Source: Bacteroidota bacterium (GTDB taxonomy: Bacteria; Bacteroidota; Bacteroidia; J057; JADKCL01). From it: a DNA stretch of 64,000 nucleotides. Shown here piece after piece: positions 28,832 to 39,177 of the stretch. The notes under the pieces were generated by a model. The model saw nothing but the letters and a program-made list of their open reading frames with translations. It was not told the DNA's origin and ran no database searches. Both the position numbers and the translations under genes were made by a program. How positions within the stretch are numbered: position 1 is the stretch's first letter; the number at the start of each line of letters is the position of its first letter. Location of the stretch: contig JANORP010000479.1 of assembly GCA_031415375.1 (NCBI GenBank), positions 485 through 64,484 on the forward strand, given 5' to 3'.

Positions 28832-29427
28832 AAAATAGAAGCGATGAAAGACTGATGGGATTGTCTAGTCTATCCCAAACAAACTGTGGAACTTGAAATA
28901 CTTTGGCAGGGCCAAATCTGCAAACAATCTAGGGCAATCCACAGCCCTAAAAAGCACATATCAACCAATGAATATTGCACAAACGCAATATTTTCAGTAG
29001 TTTTAAATCATCGCTCTATTGAATTCTCAATAGTTCAATTCAAAGGCGATTGCTACGTCTATCTTGATCTACTCTCTCTAGGGGTATCCTCCTTTTTTTA
29101 CGACCTTCCTTTCATGCATATAGTGTATGCAGGGCCCTAAAAGTGACGGGGAATTTCTGCCTATTATGGATACCAATATCCTCCATTATATACTGCATGT
29201 AAATCCATTTTGAATACATTTATCTATAATTGATCATTTTCGATCCATTGAGATTATGATCGGCTCCATCCGCAGTGCTTGCCCCATGTTCACGATGCCA
29301 GCGCATCGGGCAAAGTCGTCGCCAATGTGCTGGCAAGCCCCGGGTAATGCAAAAATTCATCCCCTACATTTTTTCTCACCGAGATAGTGCGACCTTCGGG
29401 GAATTCGATGAAAAACACTGCAAGAAA

Positions 29428-30645
29428 ATGGGAATTGTAAGAAGGTTGTCCTACCTGCTCGGTGGGCTGGTACTGAGCCTCGGTGCACACGCCCAGCTCG
29501 ACACGATCATCCAATATGAGGTCGCCACTGGGGCCGTCATTGTCATGCCTTCTGTGGCTGTCGATACGAGCATCCACTTTGACCATACCGCCTATGAAAT
29601 CGGCCCCTTGGGAGACCAGCAGCTCTTGGATCTCGTGCCGCCCACCGCCAACCTATTCCTCAATTCTCAGTTCAGCGATATCGCCAGGACCGAACCCTTC
29701 ATGCCCGTCACCAGCTATCCTGCCCGCACAGCGATCAAGCTATCCTATTGGCACAATGACACCTTGCGAGACGACTGCTCGGGCATCATGGTAGGTGACC
29801 AATTTGTGCTCACCTCAGCACATTGCGTTTTTTCACACTCTGGCAACCCCACTTGGATTGGTGATAGCCTCCTAGCTGTGCCTGCCTATGACAACGGGCA
29901 GGCGCAGCCCAGTCTGCCCAGCAGCCTCGTGGAATATTGCTATATTTTCAAGACAAAATATGACAATACCTCTGGCAATGACCTCGCGCTGCTACAGTTG
30001 CGCACTCCCATCGGGCAGACAACAGGCTATGTCGGCTTTGCCTTCAGCTCAGATACCAGCTATTTCCGAGGAAAGGTCTTCCATAAATTCAGCTATCCAG
30101 CAGCGCGGCACATCATCGACACCACACGCGTGTACAACGGCGACACGATGTATTACAACTACGGCTACATCCGAGCTATCGGCAACCAATGGTTGGAGAT
30201 CCCTGCAAATTCAGCAATTGGTGTGCAGGGGCAAAGCGGGAGTACATTCCTCTATACTGACAACCAAGCCTATTATGGCTTTGGTGTCATGAATTTTGCA
30301 AGCCGTTGTCGCCATTACCCGATCCACCAAGGGGAGTTTTACCAGCTCAAACACATCATCGATACCCATCTGGTAAACGTCGCACCCTTAGCGCAACAGG
30401 CAACTTTGCTGCAAGCATATCCGAATCCCTTTTCGGAACAAACAACCTTGCGGTTTGCCAACCCCACGCACGCAGCCCATTGCCTGCGCCTATGCGACAT
30501 GCAAGGCCGGGTGGTACTGACGATCGATGGCATCCGCGATGAAGCGCTCACCCTCGATCGCGGAGATCTTGCCAGTGGCATGTATTCTTTCCAACTCCTT
30601 GCTGGCGAGCAGCTACGTGGATCGGGCAAGGTGATTGTAGAGTGA
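29428..30645 (+). CDS. trypsin-like (S1) serine endopeptidase with T9SS CTD
   Basis: Start moved to MGIVRRLSYLLGGLVLSLGAHAQ. Catalytic triad motifs LTSAHCV, GNDLALLQL, GQSGSTF. CTD: LQAYPNPFSEQTTLRF...KVIVE. Confidence 0.85.
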   Translation: MGIVRRLSYLLGGLVLSLGAHAQLDTIIQYEVATGAVIVMPSVAVDTSIHFDHTAYEIGPLGDQQLLDLVPPTANLFLNSQFSDIARTEPFMPVTSYPARTAIKLSYWHNDTLRDDCSGIMVGDQFVLTSAHCVFSHSGNPTWIGDSLLAVPAYDNGQAQPSLPSSLVEYCYIFKTKYDNTSGNDLALLQLRTPIGQTTGYVGFAFSSDTSYFRGKVFHKFSYPAARHIIDTTRVYNGDTMYYNYGYIRAIGNQWLEIPANSAIGVQGQSGSTFLYTDNQAYYGFGVMNFASRCRHYPIHQGEFYQLKHIIDTHLVNVAPLAQQATLLQAYPNPFSEQTTLRFANPTHAAHCLRLCDMQGRVVLTIDGIRDEALTLDRGDLASGMYSFQLLAGEQLRGSGKVIVE

Positions 30646-31007
30646 ATGGGCGGCAGGCTTGAGGGTTTGGTGCTTTGTAGGAATTGATTGGTCGTCGCTG
30701 AGGAATGATCTTTCCATCAATCCAACACTCAGTTTGTCTTTTCTTTTCAGCAGATGACTTAGATCAAGCCGTACTTTTTGTGGAGGATGTACCACAGCGA
30801 TCAGGTTTAATCAGCAGGAGAGGCACATGTTTTGGGCACCAGATATTGCGCAAGTGTTGGGATGCAGCACTTTACTCTCAGGCCATTGTATCTACATCGA
30901 TCCTGCAACGGAAGCAATGGGTAAGGCATTGGGAATGTAGGTCAGAGCCGTCATTCCACCCTATCCCAAAATCAGCTATCTTTAACCCAAATCCAAGGTA
31001 TCTGCAC

Positions 31008-33341
31008 ATGGCCGAATTTGAAATTGAAGTCGAGATTCCACGTTACGTCCGCGCAGGTGTGCGCTTGCTGCCGCCTGAGAAGTTTCGTAACATCACGCTC
31101 ACACAGCCAGAAAACAAGGCTGCGGGCCTCAAGGCGGTCAAGGAGTCGCTCGCGCACCTGCAGCGCGAGATGGGCCTTGGAAAAGGGCTACGCCTCGCTG
31201 GCAAGATGAACCAACAAGATGGCTTTGATTGCTCGGGCTGCGCATGGCCCGATCCCGAGGACCATCGCAGTAGCCTCGGCGAATATTGCGAAAATGGCAT
31301 CAAGGCACTGGCAGAGGAGGCGACCGAGGCCAAGGTCGATCCTGCATTTTTCAGGGCACATGCGGTGGAGGAATTGAGCCTCTGGCCTGATTTTGAGCTG
31401 GGCAAGGCGGGGCGCATCACACAGCCCATGCTCTTGCGCAAAGGCAAGTCGCATTATGAGCCGATCGAATGGGAGGCTGCATTTGCGCTCATCGGGGAGC
31501 AGCTCAAAGCATTGGACAGTCCCGACGAGGCGATCTTCTATACCTCGGGCCGCACGAGCAACGAGGCCGCTTTCATGTACCAACTCTTGGTGCGTGCATT
31601 CGGCACCAACAACCTTCCCGATTGCAGCAATATGTGCCATGAGAGCAGCGGCACCGCGCTGAGCGCGACACTCGGCATCGGCAAGGGCAGCGTGAAACTG
31701 GAGGACCTCCATATCGCCGAGCTCATCGTCGTGATGGGCCAAAACCCCGGCACCAACCATCCACGCATGCTCAGCGCACTCAAGCAGTGCAAAGACAATG
31801 GCGGTACGATCATCGACATCAACCCCCTACAAGAAGCTGGCATGCAGCGCTTTATCAATCCTCAAAGCCCGATGGAGGTGCTCAAGGGGGGAACAAAGCT
31901 GGCAGATATGCACCTGCCTGTGCGCATCAACGGCGACGTGCCCCTGCTCAAAGGCATCGCCCGATTGCTCTGGGACTTGGAGCAAAAGGCACCCGGCAAG
32001 GTCTTTGACATGCCCTTTATCGCGGCCCATACGCTTGGCTACGATGCATTTTGTGAGGATATGAAGGCCACCGACCTCGCGGTCTGCGAACGCGAGAGTG
32101 GCATCTCCCTGGCCGATATGCGCAAGGTCGCCCAGCTGATCGCCAACAAAAAACGCATCATTTTTTGCTGGGCCATGGGCCTCACACAGCACAAGAATGC
32201 CGTCGGCAATATTCAAGAGATCGTGAATCTCCTGCTCTTGCGCGGCGCGATCGGGAAGCCAGGCGCAGGCACCTGTCCGGTACGCGGGCATAGCAATGTG
32301 CAAGGCGATCGCACGATGGGCATTTACGAGAAGCCCGCCGAACGCTTCCTCGCCGCGCTTGACAAGCGATTTGGCATCCAAACGCCGCGGCCACATGGCT
32401 ACGACACCGTCGAGGCCATCCATGCCATGCAAGACGGCAAAGGCAAGGTCTTCATTGCCATGGGAGGCAACTTCATTTCGGCGACACCCGATAGTGAGGC
32501 CACGGCCAAAGCATTGCAAAACTGTGACCTTACGGTGCAGATCAGCACCAAACTCAACCGCTCGCATGTCATCACAGGCGCCACTGCGCTCATCCTTCCC
32601 TGTATCGCGCGGTCTGAAACCGACCGCCAAAAATCGGGGGTGCAGCATGTGAGCGTGGAAAACAGCATGGGCGTCGTGAGCAAAAGCGTGGGGAGCGGCG
32701 ACCCTGCTTCTCGCTATTTGCTGAGCGAGCCGGCGATCGTGGCTGGCATTGCCAATGCCACCCTCCCCCACTCCATCCACATGAATTGGGACGATATGGT
32801 AGCCGATTACGATACCGTGCGCGACCACATCGAGGCGGTGATCCCTGGTTTTGAGGACTACAACCGCCGTCTCCTGCACCCGAACGGATTCTACCTGCCC
32901 AATGGTCCCCGCGAAGGCACATTTACGACCGACAGTGGCAAGGCGCACTTCACCGTCAATGCCCTCCCAGCAAACAAGCTGGAGCCTGGGCAATATGTGA
33001 TGATGACCATCCGCACCCACGACCAATACAATACCACGATCTATGGCCTCGACGACCGCTACCGTGGCATCCTCAATGAGCGCCGTGTGATCCTGATGAA
33101 TACCGACGACATGCATACCCTAGGCTTGCATTCGCGGGACAAGGTCGATCTCACCAGTCACTTCAGAGGCGAAAAACGCCACGCCCCAGGCTGGATCGTC
33201 GTGCCCTACAAGATCCCCAAGGGCTGCATGGCCACCTATTTCCCAGAGGCCAATGTACTCGTGCCGCTGGACAGCGTCGCCGACAAGAGCAATACGCCTG
33301 TGTCCAAATACATCGTCATTACGGTCACAAAAGCAGTATGA
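31008..33341 (+). CDS. FdhF/YdeP-family molybdopterin oxidoreductase
   Basis: Start moved to MAEFEIE (778 aa). NQQDGFDCSGCAWPDP, EYCENG, FYTSGRTSNEAAFMYQL, GTNNLPDCSNMCHESSG and GQNPGTNHPRML match the YdeP family closely. Confidence 0.9.
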   Translation: MAEFEIEVEIPRYVRAGVRLLPPEKFRNITLTQPENKAAGLKAVKESLAHLQREMGLGKGLRLAGKMNQQDGFDCSGCAWPDPEDHRSSLGEYCENGIKALAEEATEAKVDPAFFRAHAVEELSLWPDFELGKAGRITQPMLLRKGKSHYEPIEWEAAFALIGEQLKALDSPDEAIFYTSGRTSNEAAFMYQLLVRAFGTNNLPDCSNMCHESSGTALSATLGIGKGSVKLEDLHIAELIVVMGQNPGTNHPRMLSALKQCKDNGGTIIDINPLQEAGMQRFINPQSPMEVLKGGTKLADMHLPVRINGDVPLLKGIARLLWDLEQKAPGKVFDMPFIAAHTLGYDAFCEDMKATDLAVCERESGISLADMRKVAQLIANKKRIIFCWAMGLTQHKNAVGNIQEIVNLLLLRGAIGKPGAGTCPVRGHSNVQGDRTMGIYEKPAERFLAALDKRFGIQTPRPHGYDTVEAIHAMQDGKGKVFIAMGGNFISATPDSEATAKALQNCDLTVQISTKLNRSHVITGATALILPCIARSETDRQKSGVQHVSVENSMGVVSKSVGSGDPASRYLLSEPAIVAGIANATLPHSIHMNWDDMVADYDTVRDHIEAVIPGFEDYNRRLLHPNGFYLPNGPREGTFTTDSGKAHFTVNALPANKLEPGQYVMMTIRTHDQYNTTIYGLDDRYRGILNERRVILMNTDDMHTLGLHSRDKVDLTSHFRGEKRHAPGWIVVPYKIPKGCMATYFPEANVLVPLDSVADKSNTPVSKYIVITVTKAV

Positions 33342-34681
33342 GCAGCGCATCATCACATTCGCCAGGTCATCAGAAGATCACTGTCAGGTGCCTCCTGACC
33401 TGCGTCTTAGTCTGTCTTTTTGTGCCGATCGTTGCACAAAAAGGTCAATCAGCCCATGAAAGGCCAGTTGCCGCCGCGCAAAATCGGATTGCATTGCATG
33501 ACGAGACGCCTGGTCACTGCTTTGCATTTGTCTGGTGGAATCGGCTGGAATGGGACAGCCTGTGGCAGGAGACCTATACCTATTCCCCGCAGGGGCAAGT
33601 GATCGCCGTGCTGCATGACGCCTTTGCGAGCGGTGTATTCATTCCCTTTGAACGGCAGGCCATTGCCTACAGCAACAGCGGCTACCTGAGCGAGCGTGTC
33701 ACGCAACGCTGGGTCACAGGTATGTGGACCAACGCAGTGCGCGAAACCTGGGCGACCGATGCACAAGGCAATGACACGCTGCGGATAGCCTATTCTTGGC
33801 GCCAAATACAAGGTCAGTTTGGATGGGACACCACCTCGGGCGACCATTCGATCATCGCGTATGATGGTAGTGGGCAAATCACCAATAGCGAAACCTCGTA
33901 TTGGGTGGCAGGGTTCCCTAGGGGACATTGGGAAAGGCTTTCTAGAAGCGAATATTTTTTTGATGGCCTTGGCCAATGGGATTCACTCATTGTCTCCAGC
34001 CCATCGGGCAATGCATGGGTCCCCAGCAATCGACTCGTGCAAGTCCAGTGGCACGACTACGCATTGGGCCAGCGTAGCGGCTACCGCACGCAATATTACC
34101 AAGGCTCCTGGATCGATGCCCAACGGGTCAGCTGCGTCTATCAAGGGCTCGGCAGCAATTGCGTCTCAGAGTCCTACACCAACAATGCATGGGATACTAC
34201 TTACCGCGAATCTCGAGATTTTGATGTCGAGGAGCACCTCACCCAGTGGGAGCGGCAAGAATTCAACAACGGCAACTGGCTCATTTCCAATGGTGGAAAA
34301 CATTTCTATACCTACAATGGGATTGGGCAGACCGAGCAAGTAATCGACCAGAGTTGGGATCCTACCATCGGTTACCTCAATGCGCAAAAGCGGATCTATG
34401 ATAGTTTTTTTGTCAGTGCGACGACTCCACAGGTGAGCGATTGGGCTGTGACAGCATTCCCCAACCCTGTCACTGATGTCTTGCATATCCAGAGCCGCAC
34501 GCGCGAGCAAGTATGCATCAAGGTGCTCGACATGCAAGGCCGCATGCGCATGCAAGCCACACGCCTCTTCGCGGGAGAATGCACGATCCCCATCTCAGAC
34601 CTGCTCCCCAATGGGACTTATTTCTACCAAGTGTCGAGCAAGACAGGTCAGGCCCAAGGCAAATTCATTTTGCTACGATAG
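33338..34681 (+). CDS. Trp-rich repeat T9SS cargo protein, paralog 1
   Basis: Signal peptide, ~10 repeats of ~30 aa ending in W(N/D)G..W with YTY(D/N)G.GQ cores, and a CTD (AFPNPVTDVLHIQ...KFILLR). The ATG overlaps the ydeP stop (ATGA). Confidence 0.85.
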   Translation: MSSASSHSPGHQKITVRCLLTCVLVCLFVPIVAQKGQSAHERPVAAAQNRIALHDETPGHCFAFVWWNRLEWDSLWQETYTYSPQGQVIAVLHDAFASGVFIPFERQAIAYSNSGYLSERVTQRWVTGMWTNAVRETWATDAQGNDTLRIAYSWRQIQGQFGWDTTSGDHSIIAYDGSGQITNSETSYWVAGFPRGHWERLSRSEYFFDGLGQWDSLIVSSPSGNAWVPSNRLVQVQWHDYALGQRSGYRTQYYQGSWIDAQRVSCVYQGLGSNCVSESYTNNAWDTTYRESRDFDVEEHLTQWERQEFNNGNWLISNGGKHFYTYNGIGQTEQVIDQSWDPTIGYLNAQKRIYDSFFVSATTPQVSDWAVTAFPNPVTDVLHIQSRTREQVCIKVLDMQGRMRMQATRLFAGECTIPISDLLPNGTYFYQVSSKTGQAQGKFILLR

Positions 34682-34783
34682 CCCTCCAGCAAGCCCCAAG
34701 GTTTCATTTTTGAGCTGGGATCGAGGAATTTTTTCTACTGGGTTTTGAGAAGGGAATTGCGCCTTTTCAAGTATCTTTACCGT

Positions 34784-36091
34784 ATGCGTAACACGATATT
34801 GACAGGAATCCTTGCTTGCCTACTGCTTCAACTTGCCCATGCGCAAACCCGCATTCACCGTCCACTGCATGAGGATGAAGGCAGGCAATTGACTGTAGCC
34901 TCCAAGGTGAGCAGCCACAATGACCGTCCACAGTTGTACACGACATTTAGCTGGATGGACTCTTTGAGCGCCTGGGACACGATTTCGCAGACGACGCTGA
35001 GCTATGATGGCAACGGATATCTTGTGGAGGAAGTCACATCCAACTATTTGGGCAATGCTTGGATCCCCTCGTTTCGTGCGTTGTATGTACACGATGTGAA
35101 CGGGAGATATATCGATGAACGGTACTTTGATTGGAACGGCGCAAGTTGGGATTCGACCATACGGTATGTCTCTGCCTATGATGCCGTGGGGCGGCCCAAT
35201 CTGTTTCTGATTATCCAGTGGAATGGAACCGCTTGGGATACGATCAATGGTACACGATCGGTCTATACCTATCGCAATGTCGATCAAGTGGAAAGCAGAG
35301 TGAAGTCACGCTGGCAAACGCTGCAATCGACTTGGACACTCATAGACTCGACATGGTACAGCTACGATGCCGCCAACGAATGGGATACGGTCACCACCTA
35401 TAGCTATGCTGGCCCCGGATGGACTGTTTCAAACAGGACTGTGGGTTATACCTGGTACGATTTCAGCAAGCGCCTTCCTTACACAGGGAGGTATCAAACC
35501 TATGGCACTGGTTGGACCGACTATACCCGCTACCGCGCTATCTATGGTGCCAACGACAGCCAAACCTTTGTGTACCATACCTACAATGCCCCCAACTGGG
35601 ACTCGACAGGCAAGGAAGTCTTTGTGTATGATGCGCAGGAGCATCTCATCGACTACCAATACTACGATTGGATCGGCGCATGGGAGCAAAGCGATGGCCA
35701 ACTGAATCATTATACTTATGATGGCACTGGACAGACATTGGAACTCGTAAGGGAGCAGTTTGATGGTTACCTCTACCGCTTTGATCGCCGATTTGTATAT
35801 GCCAATTTCTTGGTTGGCATCGCGATACCCACATTGCCAGCAATCAAGGTGCGCGCATTCCCCAACCCGGTGGCCGATCACCTGCAATTCAGCGTGGAGC
35901 AAAGCAAGCCTGGCCCTGTGAGCATACAACTGTATGACCTCCAAGGCCGCTTGCGTGCAGAGACACTGGTGCAACATGCCGACGGCGTGATCGACTTTCC
36001 GATTCCTGTGCAACTGCCGAGTGGTAGCTATAGCTATCGCCTCATAACACGCGAAGGCAGCGCCACTGGCAAGGTCATGGTGTACCAATAA
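34784..36091 (+). CDS. Trp-rich repeat T9SS cargo protein, paralog 2
   Basis: Start moved to MRNTILTG... Same architecture as paralog 1. CTD: AFPNPVADHLQF...YDLQGRLRAE...KVMVYQ. Confidence 0.85.
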   Translation: MRNTILTGILACLLLQLAHAQTRIHRPLHEDEGRQLTVASKVSSHNDRPQLYTTFSWMDSLSAWDTISQTTLSYDGNGYLVEEVTSNYLGNAWIPSFRALYVHDVNGRYIDERYFDWNGASWDSTIRYVSAYDAVGRPNLFLIIQWNGTAWDTINGTRSVYTYRNVDQVESRVKSRWQTLQSTWTLIDSTWYSYDAANEWDTVTTYSYAGPGWTVSNRTVGYTWYDFSKRLPYTGRYQTYGTGWTDYTRYRAIYGANDSQTFVYHTYNAPNWDSTGKEVFVYDAQEHLIDYQYYDWIGAWEQSDGQLNHYTYDGTGQTLELVREQFDGYLYRFDRRFVYANFLVGIAIPTLPAIKVRAFPNPVADHLQFSVEQSKPGPVSIQLYDLQGRLRAETLVQHADGVIDFPIPVQLPSGSYSYRLITREGSATGKVMVYQ

Positions 36092-36194
36092 TTGCCTATT
36101 TCCGCATAGGTGCAAGGCTATAAATTCGTATCGACCGCAGGCTCTCAGTATTTGCGGCTTGTTATACGTTTTCGAATTCATAGAATCCCCCCTT

Positions 36195-37511
36195 ATGCGC
36201 TACAAAATTGTTTGTCTTTTTTTGCTATTCCTTGCATCTGCCAGTGTGCATGCACAGCGCCGCTTGCAGGGTTTTGAAAAACGCGTGACTGCAAATACAC
36301 AGGCGAAACCGCAAACAGGCAACAAGATCGCGACCCACGACGATTACCCGACCTTGTGCCTGAGTTTTGACTGGGACAGTACCATGACACTATGGGACAG
36401 CACCTACCGCACGACCTTTACCTACAACGTCAATGGAAAAGTGCAGGAGGAACTCTGGGAGCAATACAACGGCAATACCTTTGAAAACTTTACCCGCAGT
36501 GCAAATGCCTACAATGCGCAGATGCTCAGAGATACACTGACTTCCTGGTATTGGGATGGCACTGCATGGCAAAAAGACGCTCGCAGTGAGTGGACCTATG
36601 ATGTCAACGACAATGTGGCCGTTTCAGTAGAATATTTTTGGAGCGGGAGCACTTGGGACACCGCCTATGGTCAACGCTATGCGAATACCTATGTGCTGGG
36701 AAATCGCCTCGTCAAGCAACAGCAGGAAGACTGGAGTTCAAGTACTGGCTGGACCAAAAATTATCTGAGCGAATACTACTACCCGGCTGCCAATGGCTGG
36801 GACAGCGCTGTCTTTTCCACTTGGAATGGCATCGCTTGGGAACTCCAAGAGCGCTACCTCGACCTCACTTGGTATGATTTTGCAAAAGAATTGCCTTATT
36901 ATGCACGCATTCAACGGTTTATCAACCCCGGCTGGGAAGACTCCGATCGGTTCACCGCCACCTACGGCCCCTTTGACAGCCCCAACTTCCTCTATGAATG
37001 GTGGAATGGGAATGCATGGGAAAACGACTACAAGGAAGTGATCTTGAATGATGCTGAGGAACATGAAATTTCCTACGAAGGCTTTGAATGGCTCGGTGCT
37101 TGGTCGCAGATAGATGGCTACCGTAGCAACTACACCTATGATGGACAAGGCCATACGATGGAGATCATCAATGAAACCTATGTCGGGTCGGTCTATGAGC
37201 TGAGTCAACGCAGGGTGTATTCCTCCTTTTTCACTGGCCTCGACGATGCCCCACGCGCCGCATACGTAAAGGCATGCCCCAATCCGTGCAATGAACGCGT
37301 ACAATTTGCATTGGAAGCTGGCACGCTGGGGCTTGTAGAGATCACCCTGTATGACATGGCTGGCCGCCTGCGCGCGCAATCCATTTCCCAAGTGGGCAGC
37401 GAAGCAGCTGTCGCCATGCCACTGTCAGCAAGTTTAGAGACCGGGCACTATACCTACCGCATCTCGACGGCGCAAGGCAAGTACAGCGGCAAGCTTGTCA
37501 TCCAGCACTGA
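36195..37511 (+). CDS. Trp-rich repeat T9SS cargo protein, paralog 3
   Basis: Start moved to MRYKIVCLF... Same architecture. CTD: ACPNPCNERVQF...KLVIQH. Confidence 0.85.
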   Translation: MRYKIVCLFLLFLASASVHAQRRLQGFEKRVTANTQAKPQTGNKIATHDDYPTLCLSFDWDSTMTLWDSTYRTTFTYNVNGKVQEELWEQYNGNTFENFTRSANAYNAQMLRDTLTSWYWDGTAWQKDARSEWTYDVNDNVAVSVEYFWSGSTWDTAYGQRYANTYVLGNRLVKQQQEDWSSSTGWTKNYLSEYYYPAANGWDSAVFSTWNGIAWELQERYLDLTWYDFAKELPYYARIQRFINPGWEDSDRFTATYGPFDSPNFLYEWWNGNAWENDYKEVILNDAEEHEISYEGFEWLGAWSQIDGYRSNYTYDGQGHTMEIINETYVGSVYELSQRRVYSSFFTGLDDAPRAAYVKACPNPCNERVQFALEAGTLGLVEITLYDMAGRLRAQSISQVGSEAAVAMPLSASLETGHYTYRISTAQGKYSGKLVIQH

Positions 37512-37633
37512 AAATGAGCATTGAAAACATTCTCTTTTCCAATATCTTGGCTCGAATTTTGACGCATTTGCAGTAGTTCAAACAGAGCTCACCGCAAGAT
37601 ATTGTACTTTTTCATGCATCACCTCAAAAACCA

Positions 37634-38953
37634 ATGATTATGCGTATTTCGACTTGTACATTTGCTTTCCTGATTTTACTTACGGCGACAGGCTTTGCCC
37701 AAAGACGTCTTGATACGTTCAAGAACAAAGTCCACAGCCACCATGGGACGCAGGCTGCGAGTAAGGCCGCTTCCCACGATGACTTACCCACGATGTGCAA
37801 CAATTTTGATTGGAATGATACGCTGAATCAGTGGGATTCTACGTCACGCACCCATTTCACCTATTTCCCCAATGGCGATTTTGCAGAGGTTATCTCTGAA
37901 CAATATGTCGGCCTCACGTTCGTTCCTTCCTACAGAGCGACCTACTCCTTCAACAACCAGACAAATACTTACAAATCAATTAATTATAACTGGAATGGGA
38001 GTGTTTGGGAAAATTCTTATCGGTCTGACGAGACGCGTGATGTCAATGGCAACCCCATTTTATTCATCGATTATTTCTGGAACGTAAGCCAATGGGATAC
38101 ATCAGGCGGAGAGCGACTCAATCTCTCCTACGTACTCGTCAATAAAATCGGTCAATCGGTCTCTGAAGTTTGGAATGCTGGCCTTTGGGAGACGCGGTAT
38201 CGGGAAGAATATGCTTGGCCCAACGCCCAAGGTTGGGATAGCGCGACCTTTTCCGATTGGAATGGCAGCGCATGGGATTACACTGAGCGCTATGTCGATG
38301 TCACGTGGCATGACTTTCCCCAATTTCTAGCCACTACTGCACGTTACCAGAGCTACGTAGGGCCGCAATGGGAAGACGGTGATCGATTTACTGCGACTTT
38401 TGGGACTTATGACAGCTACACCCAAATTTCGGAAGAATGGACCGGCAGCAGCTGGGTCAATAGCTACAAAGAAGTGAACGTAAATGATTCCTTGGAGCAC
38501 AATACCCTCTTTGAAGACTACATTTGGAATGGCCAATGGGATCCAAGTTATGCATACGCCACCGCCTACACCTATGACCTACAAGGTCATACAGAGGAGG
38601 CCATCTATCAAAGCTCAACGAATGGCGGCCCCTTCATCAACAACTATCGGCAGGTCTATTCGACCTTCTTTACCAATGCGCCTGACCCAGACATGGCCAC
38701 CACAAGCGTGCAAGCCTATCCCAATCCTTGCACGGATCGCCTCAATTTCATGGTGGAATTGCAGCAAAACGGTCCTGTGCAAATCGCGCTCTACGACTTG
38801 CAAGGTCGCTTGAGAGCACAGACGCTTACACCAGCACAAGTCGGCCAGGCCATCACCATCCCCGTTTCTGAGGTTTTGGAGAATGGGACTTATGTCTATC
38901 GCGTGACCAGCAAGCTGGGCGAGGCGACCGGCAAGGTGGCTGTGCAACGATAG
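37634..38953 (+). CDS. Trp-rich repeat T9SS cargo protein, paralog 4
   Basis: Same architecture. CTD: AYPNPCTDRLNF...YDLQGRLRAQ...KVAVQR. Confidence 0.85.
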   Translation: MIMRISTCTFAFLILLTATGFAQRRLDTFKNKVHSHHGTQAASKAASHDDLPTMCNNFDWNDTLNQWDSTSRTHFTYFPNGDFAEVISEQYVGLTFVPSYRATYSFNNQTNTYKSINYNWNGSVWENSYRSDETRDVNGNPILFIDYFWNVSQWDTSGGERLNLSYVLVNKIGQSVSEVWNAGLWETRYREEYAWPNAQGWDSATFSDWNGSAWDYTERYVDVTWHDFPQFLATTARYQSYVGPQWEDGDRFTATFGTYDSYTQISEEWTGSSWVNSYKEVNVNDSLEHNTLFEDYIWNGQWDPSYAYATAYTYDLQGHTEEAIYQSSTNGGPFINNYRQVYSTFFTNAPDPDMATTSVQAYPNPCTDRLNFMVELQQNGPVQIALYDLQGRLRAQTLTPAQVGQAITIPVSEVLENGTYVYRVTSKLGEATGKVAVQR

Positions 38954-38977
38954 CAGCTGGCTGCAATCACTTTTGAA

Positions 38978-39039
38978 CATGAAGTGCTGAGGCTTTTGCG
39001 CGATGGAGCGCTTATGCCTCAGCACTTCATGCTTTTTTG
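38978..39039 (+). terminator. strong rho-independent terminator after paralog 4
   Basis: Perfect 16-bp stem CATGAAGTGCTGAGGC / GCCTCAGCACTTCATG with a 22-nt loop, followed by CTTTTTTG. Confidence 0.85.
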
Positions 39040-39177
39040 CACACGGAGATCGCTGTTTTTGGATGGAGGAATCTCGCATTTTCGATCCCGAATCAGGCAA
39101 TTGTGCTATTTTGCGGCTTCAATGCTGAGCTTGCAATTGCAAACGACAGCCAGTTTTCAATTTCGCAATAAGAAATC

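Noticed and set aside
29275-29427. Upstream extensions of several listed ORFs (29275, 30705, 45574, 55949, 34745, 36159, 49157, 56169, 56677, 58249, 61185, 19979, 16580, 20434, 26729)
   Set aside because: The listed starts are the first in-frame ATG/GTG/TTG. Internal ATGs give proper signal peptides, family-typical N-termini or tight operon junctions, so I moved the starts downstream.
26071-29427. Mobile element or prophage remnant in the AT-rich islet
   Set aside because: No integrase, transposase, terminal inverted or direct repeats, or tRNA target was seen. I reported it only as a compositional and synteny anomaly.
31827-33116. 429-aa minus-strand ORF inside the ydeP-type gene
   Set aside because: It is antisense to a gene with a very strong YdeP-family match, and no motif was recognised in it.
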